A stretch of 64,000 nt of DNA from Mobula hypostoma (GCF_963921235.1 NC_086118.1:25298001-25362000), one strand, 5' to 3'. Counted from the first letter of the stretch, positions 25,655-37,989 are shown. The notes: generated from the sequence alone by a model not told the origin. Numbers and translations: made by a program.

Positions 25655-27298
25655 CAGACATCCCACCCTGCAAAAACTCATTTCAGGGAGGTAGCACCAC
25701 CACCCCTGCCCCCCACAACCCCATATCCCCCACCCCCAGTCGACCTCCAAGGGTGTATGTATACAGGACATTTAATTATAAAAGAACACAACAATTTATT
25801 TGATCACATATTGAAACTATTTATACACACACACACACATATATATGTCATGAACAGAACAAACACAAAAAGATAAATAATGTATGAGATCATGAAAAGG
25901 CAATGTAACTTCATTGGACATGTGATTAGGAAAGAGGAGTTAGAATGCATGGTAATTATGGGAAAGATTGAAGGGAAGAAAGCAAGAGGAAGACAAAGAC
26001 AAATGATGATGGAGACAGCAGCCAGAGAACTGGAAATGAATACCAATGAATTGATCCACTTGACCTGAAACAGGAGTGCGTGGGCCATGGCAGTCAAAGC
26101 TCAAACTGGGCACGGCACCTGATGATGATGCTGATATATATCCCTTGTTGAGTATTTTGTTGGCAGTCTCAATGCTAATAGCTAAATGCTAATGCAAATA
26201 GCTTTTCTATTTCTTTTGCAAACTTTCCTTGTACTGTGATGTGGCTTGCTTGGCAGATTTGAGCATTTTGCCGGAAGTCTCAACCTCATTGCAGTCTGTG
26301 TCAATGAATTTGTTAGTTGTGCAAGACATCAGATTCACAAATGTTTTGTGAGACAGCTGACTTCTGAATTCTGTCTTAATGTGACGCACCATGCTGAATG
26401 CCCTTTCTACATCACATGTGTAGCTTGCCTGTGTGCTTACACACCTGGAATGGCAGGTTATGCTCAACGATGGAAGATGTAAAGTACACCTCAGCTCTAG
26501 TGACCTTCTCTGTCAGACTTTGGTCTTCTGCTGAAAAGATCTGTGAAATACTTGAGCAGCCTTCCCTGTGTTTAGCCTCCCTAATATGTTGTGGTCCCTA
26601 AAAGAAATAAAAGTATAAGGTGTATCTTTATTGTATTGTTTTATGTAGAAAATGTGACATTAAAATATGTACTTGTATTATATTATATTATATTATATTA
26701 TATTATCATGGAGTCTCTTTTTAATTCTATTACAACTTTAAGCACGTCTACAGGGACTTTGGCCTCATCACGTAGGACATCAATAGAGCAGCTCCTTAGC
26801 AGCTAGTCAGCTAGTTTAAATAACGCTAGCTCTGCCAATGAACGAATGACACCTATTAAACTCACCTCAACATGTCTTTTACAGTCATTTAACCCACCAT
26901 GGGCAATAGAAAAGTCACTGTTGCAAACAGTGCAGCGAGCAACACTGTCATTATTTTGACCCCTATGAGGCAGGGTACACTTTAGAGTAGTCTGGGGTGA
27001 AGTACATTTTATATTTTCTTTTTTTGGAACACTCTGCCATGGCGCTGCAGTACACTAAACTAAACTGATGTACAATGAAAGAGAGAGAGAGGTCGACTGT
27101 AAAGCCCACCCACAGAGAAAACTGATAGGTCTACTTAACACAAAGAGAGACCAATCAGGATTCATTCTCTCTCTCTCTCTCTCTTTTTTTTTAAAAAAAA
27201 TTCAATTTCCGGGATATTGTACATAACTTGCGGGCATCAGGGAGCCACTATCAATATGCGGGAGACTCCCGTAACTTCCAGGAGAGGTGGGATGTCTG
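25655..27298 (-). mobile_element. Internally deleted hAT-superfamily DNA transposon with a 6-bp TSD
   Basis: Perfect 13-bp TIRs CAGACATCCCACC / GGTGGGATGTCTG with GACTCC on both sides. A transposase C-terminal dimerisation remnant DVERAFSMVRHIKTEFRSQL lies at 26207-26467. Confidence 0.9.
25847..26133 (+). mobile_element. RTE-clade LINE 3' fragment nested in the hAT element
   Basis: KRQCNFIGHVIRKE...GKIEGKKARGRQR, a (TGA)n tail, and ATATATAT on both sides. Confidence 0.85.
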
Positions 27299-27409
27299 GA
27301 CTCCCCTTTCACTTACCGGAGAAGTCAATGGAATGGCCTATGCAATGAAGGCCACAGCTTCAGAAGAGGCTGTTACCATGGCAACTGGGCCTGAGGCTAG
27401 AGGCTATAA

Positions 27410-27970
27410 GGCAGCATAGTGGTGCAACAAGTAGAGGCGCTACCTCACAGCTCTTGCCGTCTGCAACCTGACCACAGGTGTGGAGTTAGTGACCAAATAG
27501 GTATTCCTCTGGATGATCTGGTTTTCTCTTGCATGTCAAAGAAGTGTGAGATAACATGTTTAGTTGGTCACTAGGAAGTTATTGGGAATGTGGCAGAAAA
27601 GACTGAGATTAGCGTAGGATTGGTATTATTTATTTAGAGACGCAGCGTGGAACAGGTCCTTCAGGCCTAACAACCCACCGATTTAACCCTAGCCTCATCA
27701 CAGGACAATTTACGATGACCAATTAACTTACCTCCTGGCATGTCTTTGAATTATGGGAGGAAACCAGAGCGCCCAGAGGAAACTCATGCACTCACGGGAA
27801 GAAGATACAACATTTTTTCAGAGGATGCCGGAATTGAACTCCGAACTCTGACGGCCCACGCTGTAACAGCGTCGTCCTAACCACTGTTACTGTGGCACCA
27901 CATAAATAGGTGCTTGATGGTTGTGTGGATTCATTGGGCTGAAGGCCTTGTTCCCAGGCTGCATGAATCT
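27410..27970. mobile_element. Nested tRNA-derived SINEs (plus copy interrupted by a minus copy at ~27625-27898)
   Basis: tRNA-like heads (ggcagcatagtggtgca; minus-strand ggagttcaattccggc B-box). The inner copy is similar to 33385-33668. Confidence 0.65.
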
Positions 27971-28739
27971 GACTTGAAAAATTTAACACTCAATTTTCAA
28001 TTTATGCATTATTTTTATTATTTGCAATTAACTTAACAGTATTATTAATTAAGCCTTTCATCAGTTAAATCAGACTTTTTAATTTAACTGCGATATGAAA
28101 ATGACCCTCTGCAAGCCAATTAAAGTTCTTTCTGCCTCGAGCGGTTTATCTCTCCCTCTGTACCATTTTGCGGCCTTGTTTAGATTCTTTTTGATTTATT
28201 TTTATATTTTGTTCCTTTAATTGTTGTACCTGGAAAAGGAATGTAGGAAGAAGAAAAACAACATGCCTTTCTGAAAGAATCATTAAGGATCTTTGAACAA
28301 GATTTGTGATCTTGATAAAACAGCCGAGAAGCTGTCACTGGAACCTAGTGTTTTAACTTATAAATGACCTTTAAAAGAAAGGAATGCAGGAAGCACATCA
28401 TTATATATGTAGATGTATTCTAATTCTACCCAAAATCACTTAGCATGCCTCATGCTCGTCTTCACATCTGAAGTAATGAGGTATTGCACCTTCACCTTAT
28501 TGTGAGATACTTCCCATGTCTACACACTTTGTTTGCTTGATCTTCAAAGGATAAACTCCCTTATTGAATGTAGAGCACAGGAAGGTAGCAGCCTCACACA
28601 ACAGTGGGTTAATCCAGGGCAGCACGTAACCTTGGTAAAGTCATACAGCAGTACTCTAAGTGTGGTGGTGTGAATAGCAGTGTGCAGGAAGTGGGAGCCG
28701 GATTGGGAAGAGTGCACAGATGGACAAGAACTTTTGGTG

Positions 28740-29261
28740 CAAACAACAGGAATTCTGCAGATGCTGGAAAACACCTTATATTCCATCTGGGTACTCAGGT
28801 TGGAGGAACAACACTTTATATTCCGTCTGAGTAGCCTCCAACCTGATGGCATGAACATCGACTTGGCTAACTTCCGTTAATGCCCCACCTCCCCCTCGTA
28901 CCCCATCCGTTATTTATTTTTATACACACATTCTTTCTCTCACTCTCCTTTTTCTCCCTCTGACTATACCCCTTGCCCATCCTCTGGGATCCCCCCCCAA
29001 CCCCGTCTTTCTTCCCGGACCTCCTGTCCCATGATCCTCTCGTATCCCCTTTGCCAATCACCTGTCCAGCTCTTGGCTCCATCCCTCCCCCTCCTGTCTT
29101 CTCCTATCATTTTGGATCGCCCCCTCGCCCTCCCACTTTCAAATCTCTTACTAACTCTTCCTTCAGTTAGTCCTGACGAAGGGTCTCGGCCTGAAACGTC
29201 GACTGTGCCTCTTCCTAGAGATGCTGCCTGGCCTGCTGCGTTCACCAGCAACTTTGATGTG
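28740..29261 (+). mobile_element. Young short Penelope insertion with a 5' inverted tip and 14-bp TSD
   Basis: AAGAACTTTTGGTG occurs at 28726-28739 and 29262-29275. The body is closely similar to 24000-24550. Confidence 0.93.
29168..29205 (+). ncRNA. Minimal type I hammerhead ribozyme motif (best-preserved copy)
   Basis: TAGTC-CTGACGA-A-GGG tctcgg CCT-GAAAC-GTC^GACTG: stem I UAGUC/GACUG, intact CUGANGA and GAAA core, palindromic ACGU stem III, predicted cleavage after C29200. Confidence 0.85.
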
Positions 29262-29648
29262 AAGAACTTTTGGTGACTTATTTTGGGTTAGGGTGGTTGC
29301 TCATGGAGATACAATTAAAATATTTACTTCACCAGGCTTTCATTGTGCCTTTTTCATGGGATGAGAGGATCTGTCTTTGCATGCAAACAGGTGTGTCACC
29401 ACCGAAGAGGGGAAGCAGGTTTTGAAATGTTTGAATAGGGCATTAAAAACTAAGGGAAGTTTCACCTTTACTAATTCCCTTTGTAGGTATCACATGCCCA
29501 TCTATTTTCTACCTGAAATCAATTGTAAGCATAAAATGTAGAAATCAACGAAATAAAACACTCTAATTTGATTTTTCCTGCTGTGATCAGATCAAATTGT
29601 GAAGATTTGCCTTGTTTATTCTGGTTGTTTGTTGTTTTGTAGGGCAGG

Positions 29649-30060
29649 TTTTTTTTCCTCTTTACACTTCTAATTGGTTTTTGTCAAGCCACTCCTCCAG
29701 TTCGTGGCCGCATCGATGGACTGCAGCGAAGTGGTCTCTAATCTTGGTGAGAGGGCATGTATGGACCAGGTGGAGGACGTCCTGGGTTGGGGCACCACAG
29801 GGGCAAGCTGGGGTTTGTCAGGCTTGATTCAAGATGAAGTGTGGCCAGAGAGGAGCAGATGCAAGATTGTCCATTCAAAAGCCGGGATTGGATCAATCTT
29901 CATCTGTCGTCTTGTCCCCAGCCGTTCCAACACGAGTGGCCCTGAGCTGGCATCGCCTGATGGAGTCCTTGAAGCACATATGCCTCGACACAACGTCAAC
30001 ATGTTAATCCAGGTCATGGAGGATTCATTCTGGTCAATTTGTACTGTGCTACTCAAAATG
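29649..30060 (-). mobile_element. Vingi/Ingi-like (I-group) LINE 3' fragment
   Basis: A minus frame absent from the ORF track reads PACPCGAPTQDVLHLVHTCPLTK...ELEEWLDKNQLEV*. This is a CCHC knuckle plus a terminal WL, followed almost immediately by an A8 tail. Confidence 0.7.
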
Positions 30061-30229
30061 GATCTGTTTATTTCCCCTAGCTTACAAAATACTAGAAAAC
30101 TTACTATTTTTCTTCAATTATATGGCAATAGATTTTCATCACAAACACTCAGCTGCCTCTCAGGAAATGAGGCAGGGCAAGTGGTTAACGTATCAGTCGG
30201 GAAATACTTTGGGACCTGTGACCATAAAT

Positions 30230-33015
30230 CTTACAGTTTTAAAATACTCAATGAAGAAGACCTTCCTTGCATGTACAAAGAGGAAGTCTACAAGTTAAAG
30301 TCCTGAACTGGTCCAGGAACTTGCCAAAGTTGACTGGGAGATGCTGTTAGCAGATAAGGGGACAGCTTGTAAGTGGGAGGATTTAAAAGCGAGAAAGGGA
30401 GAGCTAACATGTTCCTAAAAGACAGATGGGCAAAACTGGCAGGATTGGACAACCCTGTTGATTTGGGTTACTGAGGGTCTTGTCGAGAAAAAGAAGGTGG
30501 CATTGGTCAGGTACAGGAAGCTGGAATCAAGAAGATCCCTAGAGGAGTATGAGTTGTAGGCATACGCATTATAAGGACATAAGAAGGGCAAAAATGGAAA
30601 CATAAGCTAACCTTAAAAGATAAGGAAAAGGAGAATCCTAGAAGTTTCTACAAGTACATTAGAAATAAAAGAGCAGCTAGGGAGAAAATAGGACCCCTTA
30701 AGGAGCAGTATGGTCATCCATACGGCCCACAGGAGGTGGAAGTGGTCCTAAATGAACTCGTCTGTATTTACCATGGAGAAGGTGATTGAAGCTTGTGAGT
30801 TCAGGAAAGAATATTTTGACGTTAGAAAAGAGGTGTGAGTGATCTTGAAGTACACAGAGGTGGATACGTCCCCTGGGCCTGGCCAGTTCTATCCCACAAT
30901 GCTACGGGAAGCAAGGGAAGAACTTGCTGGGGCTTTACCAGAGATTTGTGTATCCTTGCTAGTCAGGTATAAGATGCCAGAAGATGATGTTGTACCTTTA
31001 TTTAAGAAGAGCTCTTAGAAAGTTAGGAAACTAAAGTTACTGGGGGTAATTCAGAGAGACAGGGTTTATCTGTATTTGGAAAGACAAGGATTGATTAGGC
31101 GATAGTCAGCATGACTTTGTGCTTGGGAAATCTTCTCTCACAGATTAGATTAAGCTTTTTGAAGAAGCCACCAAAGAGATTGATCGTAAAATGTAGTAAA
31201 TGATATCTCTCAGGACTTTAACCAAGGTCCAAGTTGGTAGAATGAGTCTGAAAGTTTATATCTCAATAGATTCAGGATGATCTAACCAATTGGATACAAA
31301 GTTGGTTTGGTAGTTGGGAGCAGAAGGCAGCAGTGAAAGGTGGTTTGTCAAATTAGAAGCCCGTGATCTCTGGTGGGCTGCGGTGGGGAGGGGGTTGCCA
31401 TGTCTACTGTTGTTTGTCATACATATTAACAATTTGGATGGAAAGTTAGGTGGCACGATTATTAAGTGTGTGAATAACACCAAAATTGGTGGTGTAGTGG
31501 GAAATGGAGAAAGGTTGACATGAAAATGGATGAATTCCTTGGCCTATCCCAGGGGATTTGTCCACTTTTATGTCATTCCAGATCATTTGCATCTATTGTT
31601 CAGTAATATCAATTTATTTTATAATATCACTGTATTCCCTGAATTCACAAGCTTCAATTACTTTCACCATGGTAAATACAGAAGACCTTTCCACCTCCTG
31701 TGGGTCAACACATCAATGACCACACTGAACTTGAAGGGGACCCATCCTCTCTATAGTTACCCTTCTATTCTTAATGTTCTTGTAGAATATTTTAGGATTC
31801 TCCTTTACCTTATTTCATGTCACTTTATTTTGCCCTCCTTATATCCTTCTCATGTGTACTCTTGCTCCTCTAGGGATTTTTTTGACCCTAACTACCCGTA
31901 TCTGACAAATATGACCTTTTTCCTGACCAGAGTTACAATATCTCACATCAGCCTGGGATGCCCAATCCTGCCAGACTTTCCCTTCAATCCAAAAGGAACA
32001 TGTTAGCTCTCCCTTTCTCACTTTTAAATCCTCCCACTTATCAGATGTCCCCTTATCTGGTAACAGTCTCTCCCAGGCAACCTTGACAAGTTCCTGTCCC
32101 AATTCAAGGCTTTACCTTGTGGACTTCCTCTTTGCACATGCTAGGACAAATTTCTTCCTTAACAATCTGATCAACTGGGAAAGTGAGCAAAGGGAAGACA
32201 GATGGAACTGAGCTCAAACAATTGTGAAGTAAGGCATAAACACAGGAGATTCTGCAGATGTAGGAAACCCAGAGCAATGTTCACAAAATGCTGGTGAAAC
32301 TCGGCAGTCAGGCTGAGTTTTAGGCCGAGACCTTTAATCAGGACTAGTAAAGTAATGTAATGCATTTTGGGAAGTTAAGCTAGAGCAAGACATATACAGT
32401 GAAAGGCAGGGCCTGGGAAGTGTTGTGGAACAGAGACTCCTCAGGTATAAGGACATTGTTCCCTAAACATGTTGTCGCAGGTAGACAGGTAGAAGGCATA
32501 TCATTTGCTTACTCCTCGAGTCAGGGCACTGAGTACAATACATTGGTGGAGACTACGCTTTGGAATACTGTGTGCAGTCCTGGTCACTATATTACTGGGA
32601 CTGGAGAATTCAAGTTGTAAGAAGTGACTGGATAGGCAGGGAGTAGTTTCTGTACAATAGTGAAGGGTGAGGGAAATAAATAAGGTGAATGGTCACAGAC
32701 TTTGTCCCAGGCTGTGGGAGTCTCAAACCAGAGGGCATAGCTTAAGGTGAGAGAGGAAATATTTAAAGAGGATCTGAAAGGCAAATGTTTCCACACAGAG
32801 GATGGGGTGGGGGGGTGGTGGGGAGGTGGTATGTGGAAGTGGTAGAGGTGTACACAAGTGAAACATTTAAGAGACTTTGAAGAGATACATGGATAGGAAA
32901 GGTTTAGGAGGAGTATATGGGCAAATACAAACAAATGGGACTAGCTCATGCAGGCATCTTAGCATAGGTGAATTGTTTTGAAGGGCCTACTCCAGGCTAC
33001 ATAACTCTACGACTC
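30230..33015 (+). mobile_element. Degenerate CR1 LINE containing an inverted CR1 segment (~31520-32140) and a Penelope-terminus insert (~32235-32345)
   Basis: CR1 ORF2 remnants (SPGPGQFYP, LLFVIHINNLD, NTKIGGVV), a CR1-type 3' UTR and a ctataactctacgactc tail. Confidence 0.85.
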
Positions 33016-33384
33016 AAAATCTGTTCTATTTATATGTCAGGTGTAAATGCCAGTTGCTATTTTTACAATTGTAAATTGATGCTGCTTTAATTAAGATGCC
33101 GTCCTGCAAAAAAAAATGACAACGACTAATTCAATTTGTGCCACATTGGTTAATTTACTCAGGCATATAAAATTACTCCAATTTCTGTTTAGCTCTAATA
33201 AAAGAAGAAAATGCGTCTACAACTCAGCAGGATCTTCAAACTCAAACATGAAACACTTAATGCTCCTCCTTCTGACCTGCTGAACTTTTCCAGCATTTTC
33301 TGTTCTTATTTCAGATTTCCAGAACCTGCTGTTTTCACGCTTTTAATTTTGATCTAGATTGAATAGGTTTGTTTGTTTGTTTGT

Positions 33385-33668
33385 TTATTTAGAGATGAAT
33401 AATAGAGTAGGCCCTTCTGGCCCTTACAGCCACACATCCCCAGCAACCCCCGATTCAACCCTAGCCAAATCATGAGACAATTTACAATGACCAATTAACC
33501 TATCAACCAGCACGTCTTTGGACTGTGAAAGGAAACTGGAGTACCCAGAGTAAATCCACACATTCCATGGGGAGGACATACAGGCTCTTTACAGATGATG
33601 TCACAATTGAACTCTGAACTCCGACACCTCAAACTCTAAGGCATAGCACTAACTGCTACGCTACCATG
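33385..33668 (-). mobile_element. tRNA-derived SINE (V-SINE-like)
   Basis: Minus-strand head tggtagcgtagcagttagtg...ggagttcagagttcaatt. Similar to 27625-27898. Confidence 0.7.
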
Positions 33669-33669
33669 G

Positions 33670-33960
33670 TTTATTATTGCTACATGTATTGAGGTAAGTG
33701 AAAAGCTTGTCTTGCATACTGTTCGTACAGATCCAATCATTACACAGTGCATTGAAGTGGTGCGAGGTAAAACAATAACAGAATGCAGAATTGTTCAAGG
33801 GAATCATTCAACGGCAGGGAACAAGCAGTTCTTCAGCCTGGTGGAACGTGTTTTCAGGCTTTTTGCATCGTCTGCCCAATGAGAGGGAGAGAAGGGAGAA
33901 TGTCTGAGGTGGGTAGGGTCTTCGACTATGCTGGCTGCTTTACTGAGGCAGCAAGAAACT
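33670..33960 (-). mobile_element. Rex1-type LINE 3' fragment
   Basis: Reverse strand matches the Rex1 C-terminus and 3' UTR of other copies. Confidence 0.6.
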
Positions 33961-36029
33961 GTTTCATGTTCCAAGTGCAAGTATATGTTTGAAGTTCAAA
34001 GTGATAATTTATTAATGATTCTAATTACTTCTCAGTAGCTTTTTTCATATGTGTATATCCCAGACAGATTAGCCGACTGATGCCAATCATTTCAAGAAAT
34101 TCGACTATTTCGTAAGATTGGTTGTAAACTAGCTAAACATAAAGCTTGATGGGGGCTAACCTTTGCCTTTGTACATGCAAGAATTAACATCAGTAAATGT
34201 TCAGTGGCTGAGAAGGGAGCAATTAATACTTTTGAGGGAAATGGCATCTGTCTATTCATTAATATGAACTGCAAGTATTTGCGTTGGTTAACTGTGATCA
34301 TTGTTTCAACTAGAGTACAACAAGTAATAATAGATTATTAGTACAGTTCTGGAATCGTCATTCCATTTTTTTGTTTTGTTTTTCAGCAAATCATTGGCAT
34401 CTTCTCACCAGTTTCCATAAAATGACATTTCAGAAACCTAATCATACTGAGTGTTCACTTGAAGGCCAAGTAATTTGGCTTTGTTGGGTGTGTGTTCCAG
34501 CTTTGACAATGTGTTCACTTTTTGGCAACAAATGAATGGTACATTCATCACATGATTATGTCTTTCTTTCTAGCGGGCAATTGAAATGCAAACCATCAAA
34601 TTTGACCATTGCTGCCAAAAAGCTGCACAAACTGGAAAAAAAAACTGTAACTTTAATCTGACTGTCTTGGATCAATCAAATCATGCTCTAGTCTCAGCTG
34701 CAAGCATTTTCTCAATAATCGTTCCCGGAGACAGACAGCCTGTGCTTTTGGCTGGAAAGGGAAAACAGAATTTAATGTTGCAATTAGAGACCAAAACTTT
34801 TTTACATCATGAATGAGCATTGCCCACATGCATCGTGCCAATGGTGATTCAGTGATCTCCTCATATCTCAGGGTCAGAGGGACAGACATTCAATCTGCGG
34901 TCCAGAGATTATAACATTTAACTTAATATCAAACAACCAATGCACAGTGGAAAGTATTTTTGGATGTGTTGTAAAATTAGAGTAACTTTCACATTGACAG
35001 ATCTTCATGTTTAGAGAGTAACAAGAGAATTATTGTACTGAGCTGATAAATATTTTTCTCTCAGCCTAGAAAAAGGATGATTTATGATTTAAATGACCAC
35101 TCTTGAGGCAATGCTTAGCAAAACTCAGTTCAGATCATTGGTTTCAAAAGTACTTTGTTGATGTTTAGGAATATTCTGAGATCATGCATAGCTCAAAATT
35201 AATGAGACTTCTTTCTTTTACAGATCCAGCCAACAATATCCGTTTAGCTGAGGGAAATTGTGATATAAACCTATATTCTTATTCTCAAACGTGAAATGTT
35301 TTCATCAAAGAACAATGAACTATTATATTTTAATTTTCAAAGCTACAGTTAAAGGTTTCAATTCACAGATTGCTTCAATCCCAGTACAAGCAGTTCTTAG
35401 AGCAATAGCATAGGTGATAGGGGAGCAAGGATATTAAATATGAGGAAGAAGATTGCAGTTGCAGCGTTAATTGTGCATTTACTGGGGATTAATTATGATC
35501 ATATGTTGCTGTTTGGTATCTGCATTATGTGACAACAGGAGGGGAATGGACCTCCTTGATATATTCTTGATTTGATCACATCATTTGCTATGAAGTCATA
35601 GATTCCCACAGCACAGAAAAAGGCCCTTCAGCCCACCATGTCCATGCTGGCTGTCGATTACCCATCTATACTAACCCCACTTACCAACACTTGGTCCATT
35701 GTTTTCTATGTGTTTGCAATTCAAGTGCCTGCTTAGATAATTATTAAATGTTGTGAGAGTAACTTGCCTCCGCCAACCCCCGAGTGGTGTGGGGCGATGG
35801 TTAGAAAGTGGGGGGGGGGGCCACTGTGGCTAGTGGGATGGGGATGATATTCCACTGCTGCCAGCAGCTACTACTTAAGTTTGCCTCGAGGTCTGATGCA
35901 ACAGGGAAGCTTGAATCTGGCCTAGCAATAAATGAACCTTCTCTTGAGGCCGTACCAGCATTATTTGTATTGACTAGAATCCCTGATGGTTGGACTTATT
36001 ATGCTGGTAGGCAAATTGGAGTGGATCCA

Positions 36030-37645
36030 AGACACTCCTGAAGAACATATCAACTCCTGCATGAGGAGTGACTTGGGTCTGTTCCAATACCAGATTCAGG
36101 TTCGCTGGAGATGCCACTGTCATTGATCAAATCAAAGGTGTTGATGAATCAGAATACAGGACGGAGGTTGAAAACCTGGCTGAGTGATGCCACAATAACA
36201 ACCTCTCACTCAACATCAGCAAAACCAGAGAACTGATTATTGACTACAGGAGGTGAAGTCATAGGTCCATGAGTCAGGATACGGCTCATTAGGGGGTCGA
36301 AAGTGGAGAGGATCAGTAACTTTGGTGTTATCACATCAGCGGATCTGTCCCGGGATCAGCAGGTAAGTGCCATCACAAGGCAGGTACGACAGTCATGCTA
36401 CTTTCTTAGAGGTTTCCGCAGATTCAGCATGCCATCTGGAACTTTGACAAACTTCTACAGATGCACAGTGGAGGGTACTCTAAGAGGATGCATCACACTC
36501 TGGTATGGAAACGCCAATCCCCAAAAACAGAAGAGTTTATAAAAAGTGATGGATACAGCTCACTCTATCGCCAGAAAAGCCCTCCCCACCATTCAGCACA
36601 TCTACAAGGAGGGCTGCCACAAGAAGGCAGCATCCATCAGCAAGAACCCCCCACCATCCAGGCCATGCCCTCTACTTGCTGCTGCCATCGGGAAAGAGGA
36701 TCGGGTGCATTAGTTCCCACACCACCAAATTCAGGAAAAGCAATTACCCGACAATCATCATGCTCTTGAACTAGAGCGGATAACTTCACTCACCTCATCT
36801 CTGAACTGACTTCACAAACTATGGACTCACTTTGAAGGGCTCTACAACTCATGTTCTCAGTAAGCAGGAGGAGAAGATGGCGGCGCGATACAGCGCACGC
36901 AGCCACTCCGGTGAATGATATCTGTAATCTGTCAAGTAGGATGCCGTGAACAATTCTGATTTGATGGAGGCAGACATGAGAGCACGGAGGAAAATCTGGT
37001 GAAACTTCTGAAATGCCTGTTTCGCTGCCATCGCTACTGTGTGATCCAGAATCTCCAGAGGGGAAGGCCCCAAGTCCTCGGCTTTGCTTGTGGCTCGGCG
37101 GCCGGGGCGGGGTCGAAGCGCTCAGCAGAGATGGTGCTCGGTGTTCGGTGTCGGAGGGCTGGTCAGAGGCTCAAAGATTTTGGATGGACTCAGTCAGACT
37201 GTGGTCGGGTGCTTCCAGGATGCTGCATCGGCAAGTTTGCGGCGCTGGAGACTCATGGCAGGGAGAGTTTCTCCCTTCTACCATCTGCGTGAGATGTTGG
37301 GGCTATCGGGACTTTGAGACTTTTTTTAACCGTGCCCATGGTCTGCTCTTATCAAATTACGGTATTGCTTTGCACTGTTGTAACTATATGCTATAATAAT
37401 GTGGTTTTTGTCAGTTTTAGTCTTGGTCTGTCCTGTGTTTCTGTGATATCATACTGGAGAAATATTGTATCATTTTTTAATGCGTGTATTTCTAAATAAC
37501 AATAAACGAGGACTGAGTGTCCTCATAATCTAATCTAATTATCTATCTACAGTATCTATATATTTATTATTTGCACAGTCTGTCTTATTTTACACATGTG
37601 TGTATATACACATTGATAATAAATTTACTTTGAACTTGAACTTTG
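36030..37645 (+). mobile_element. Rex1-type LINE 3' part, with its UTR split by a non-autonomous element
   Basis: TLTNFYRCTVEGTLRGCITLWYGN and a tttgaacttgaactttg tail at about 37628-37645. Confidence 0.88.
36867..37545 (+). mobile_element. Non-coding ~0.67-kb retroposon beginning GGAGAAGATGGCGGCG (copy 1)
   Basis: Collinear with 60603-61220 (minus). Ends in AATAAA and an (ATCTA)n-type tail, and interrupts a Rex1 3' UTR. Confidence 0.85.
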
Positions 37646-37989
37646 ACAAATGGTATGATAATACTCTGACTGTCAGTTGTGCAATCAATGTAATCAGTGA
37701 ATCTCTGGACCTTTGGGAAGAAATGTAATTATCGTTCATTCTGACTAATATCATCAGAGTTGATATAAATTCCAACCTTGACAACAGAAAGTTACCAGTC
37801 CTGTGCATTTAACTGCACCAGAGTGGAAGATTTCAGATCCTGAAGTACCTGGAAACAAAACTGGGTAAGAGCAGAGAAGATATTCACAGCTCTTCACAGT
37901 CAATGATAATGTTTGATAATCAGTTGTAGAGAGCAGGTCTGCGTCCAGCAGGATTCAGAATTCTGCTCTCATATAATGTGAGAACTCAG

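Noticed and set aside
27800..27900. tRNA-like A/B boxes
   Set aside because: These are SINE heads; no complete cloverleaf is present.
29674..30306. 210-aa plus ORF as a novel gene
   Set aside because: It has a non-ATG start, is antisense to a LINE tail and runs into a CR1 remnant.
34370..35300. Several polypyrimidine-AG acceptor-like sites and a 76-aa ORF
   Set aside because: No coherent exon chain or recognisable protein. Non-coding exons cannot be excluded without RNA data.
36999..37396. ORFs of 97-127 aa in the YY1-headed element
   Set aside because: They are not preserved in the second copy and are expected by chance in GC-rich DNA.
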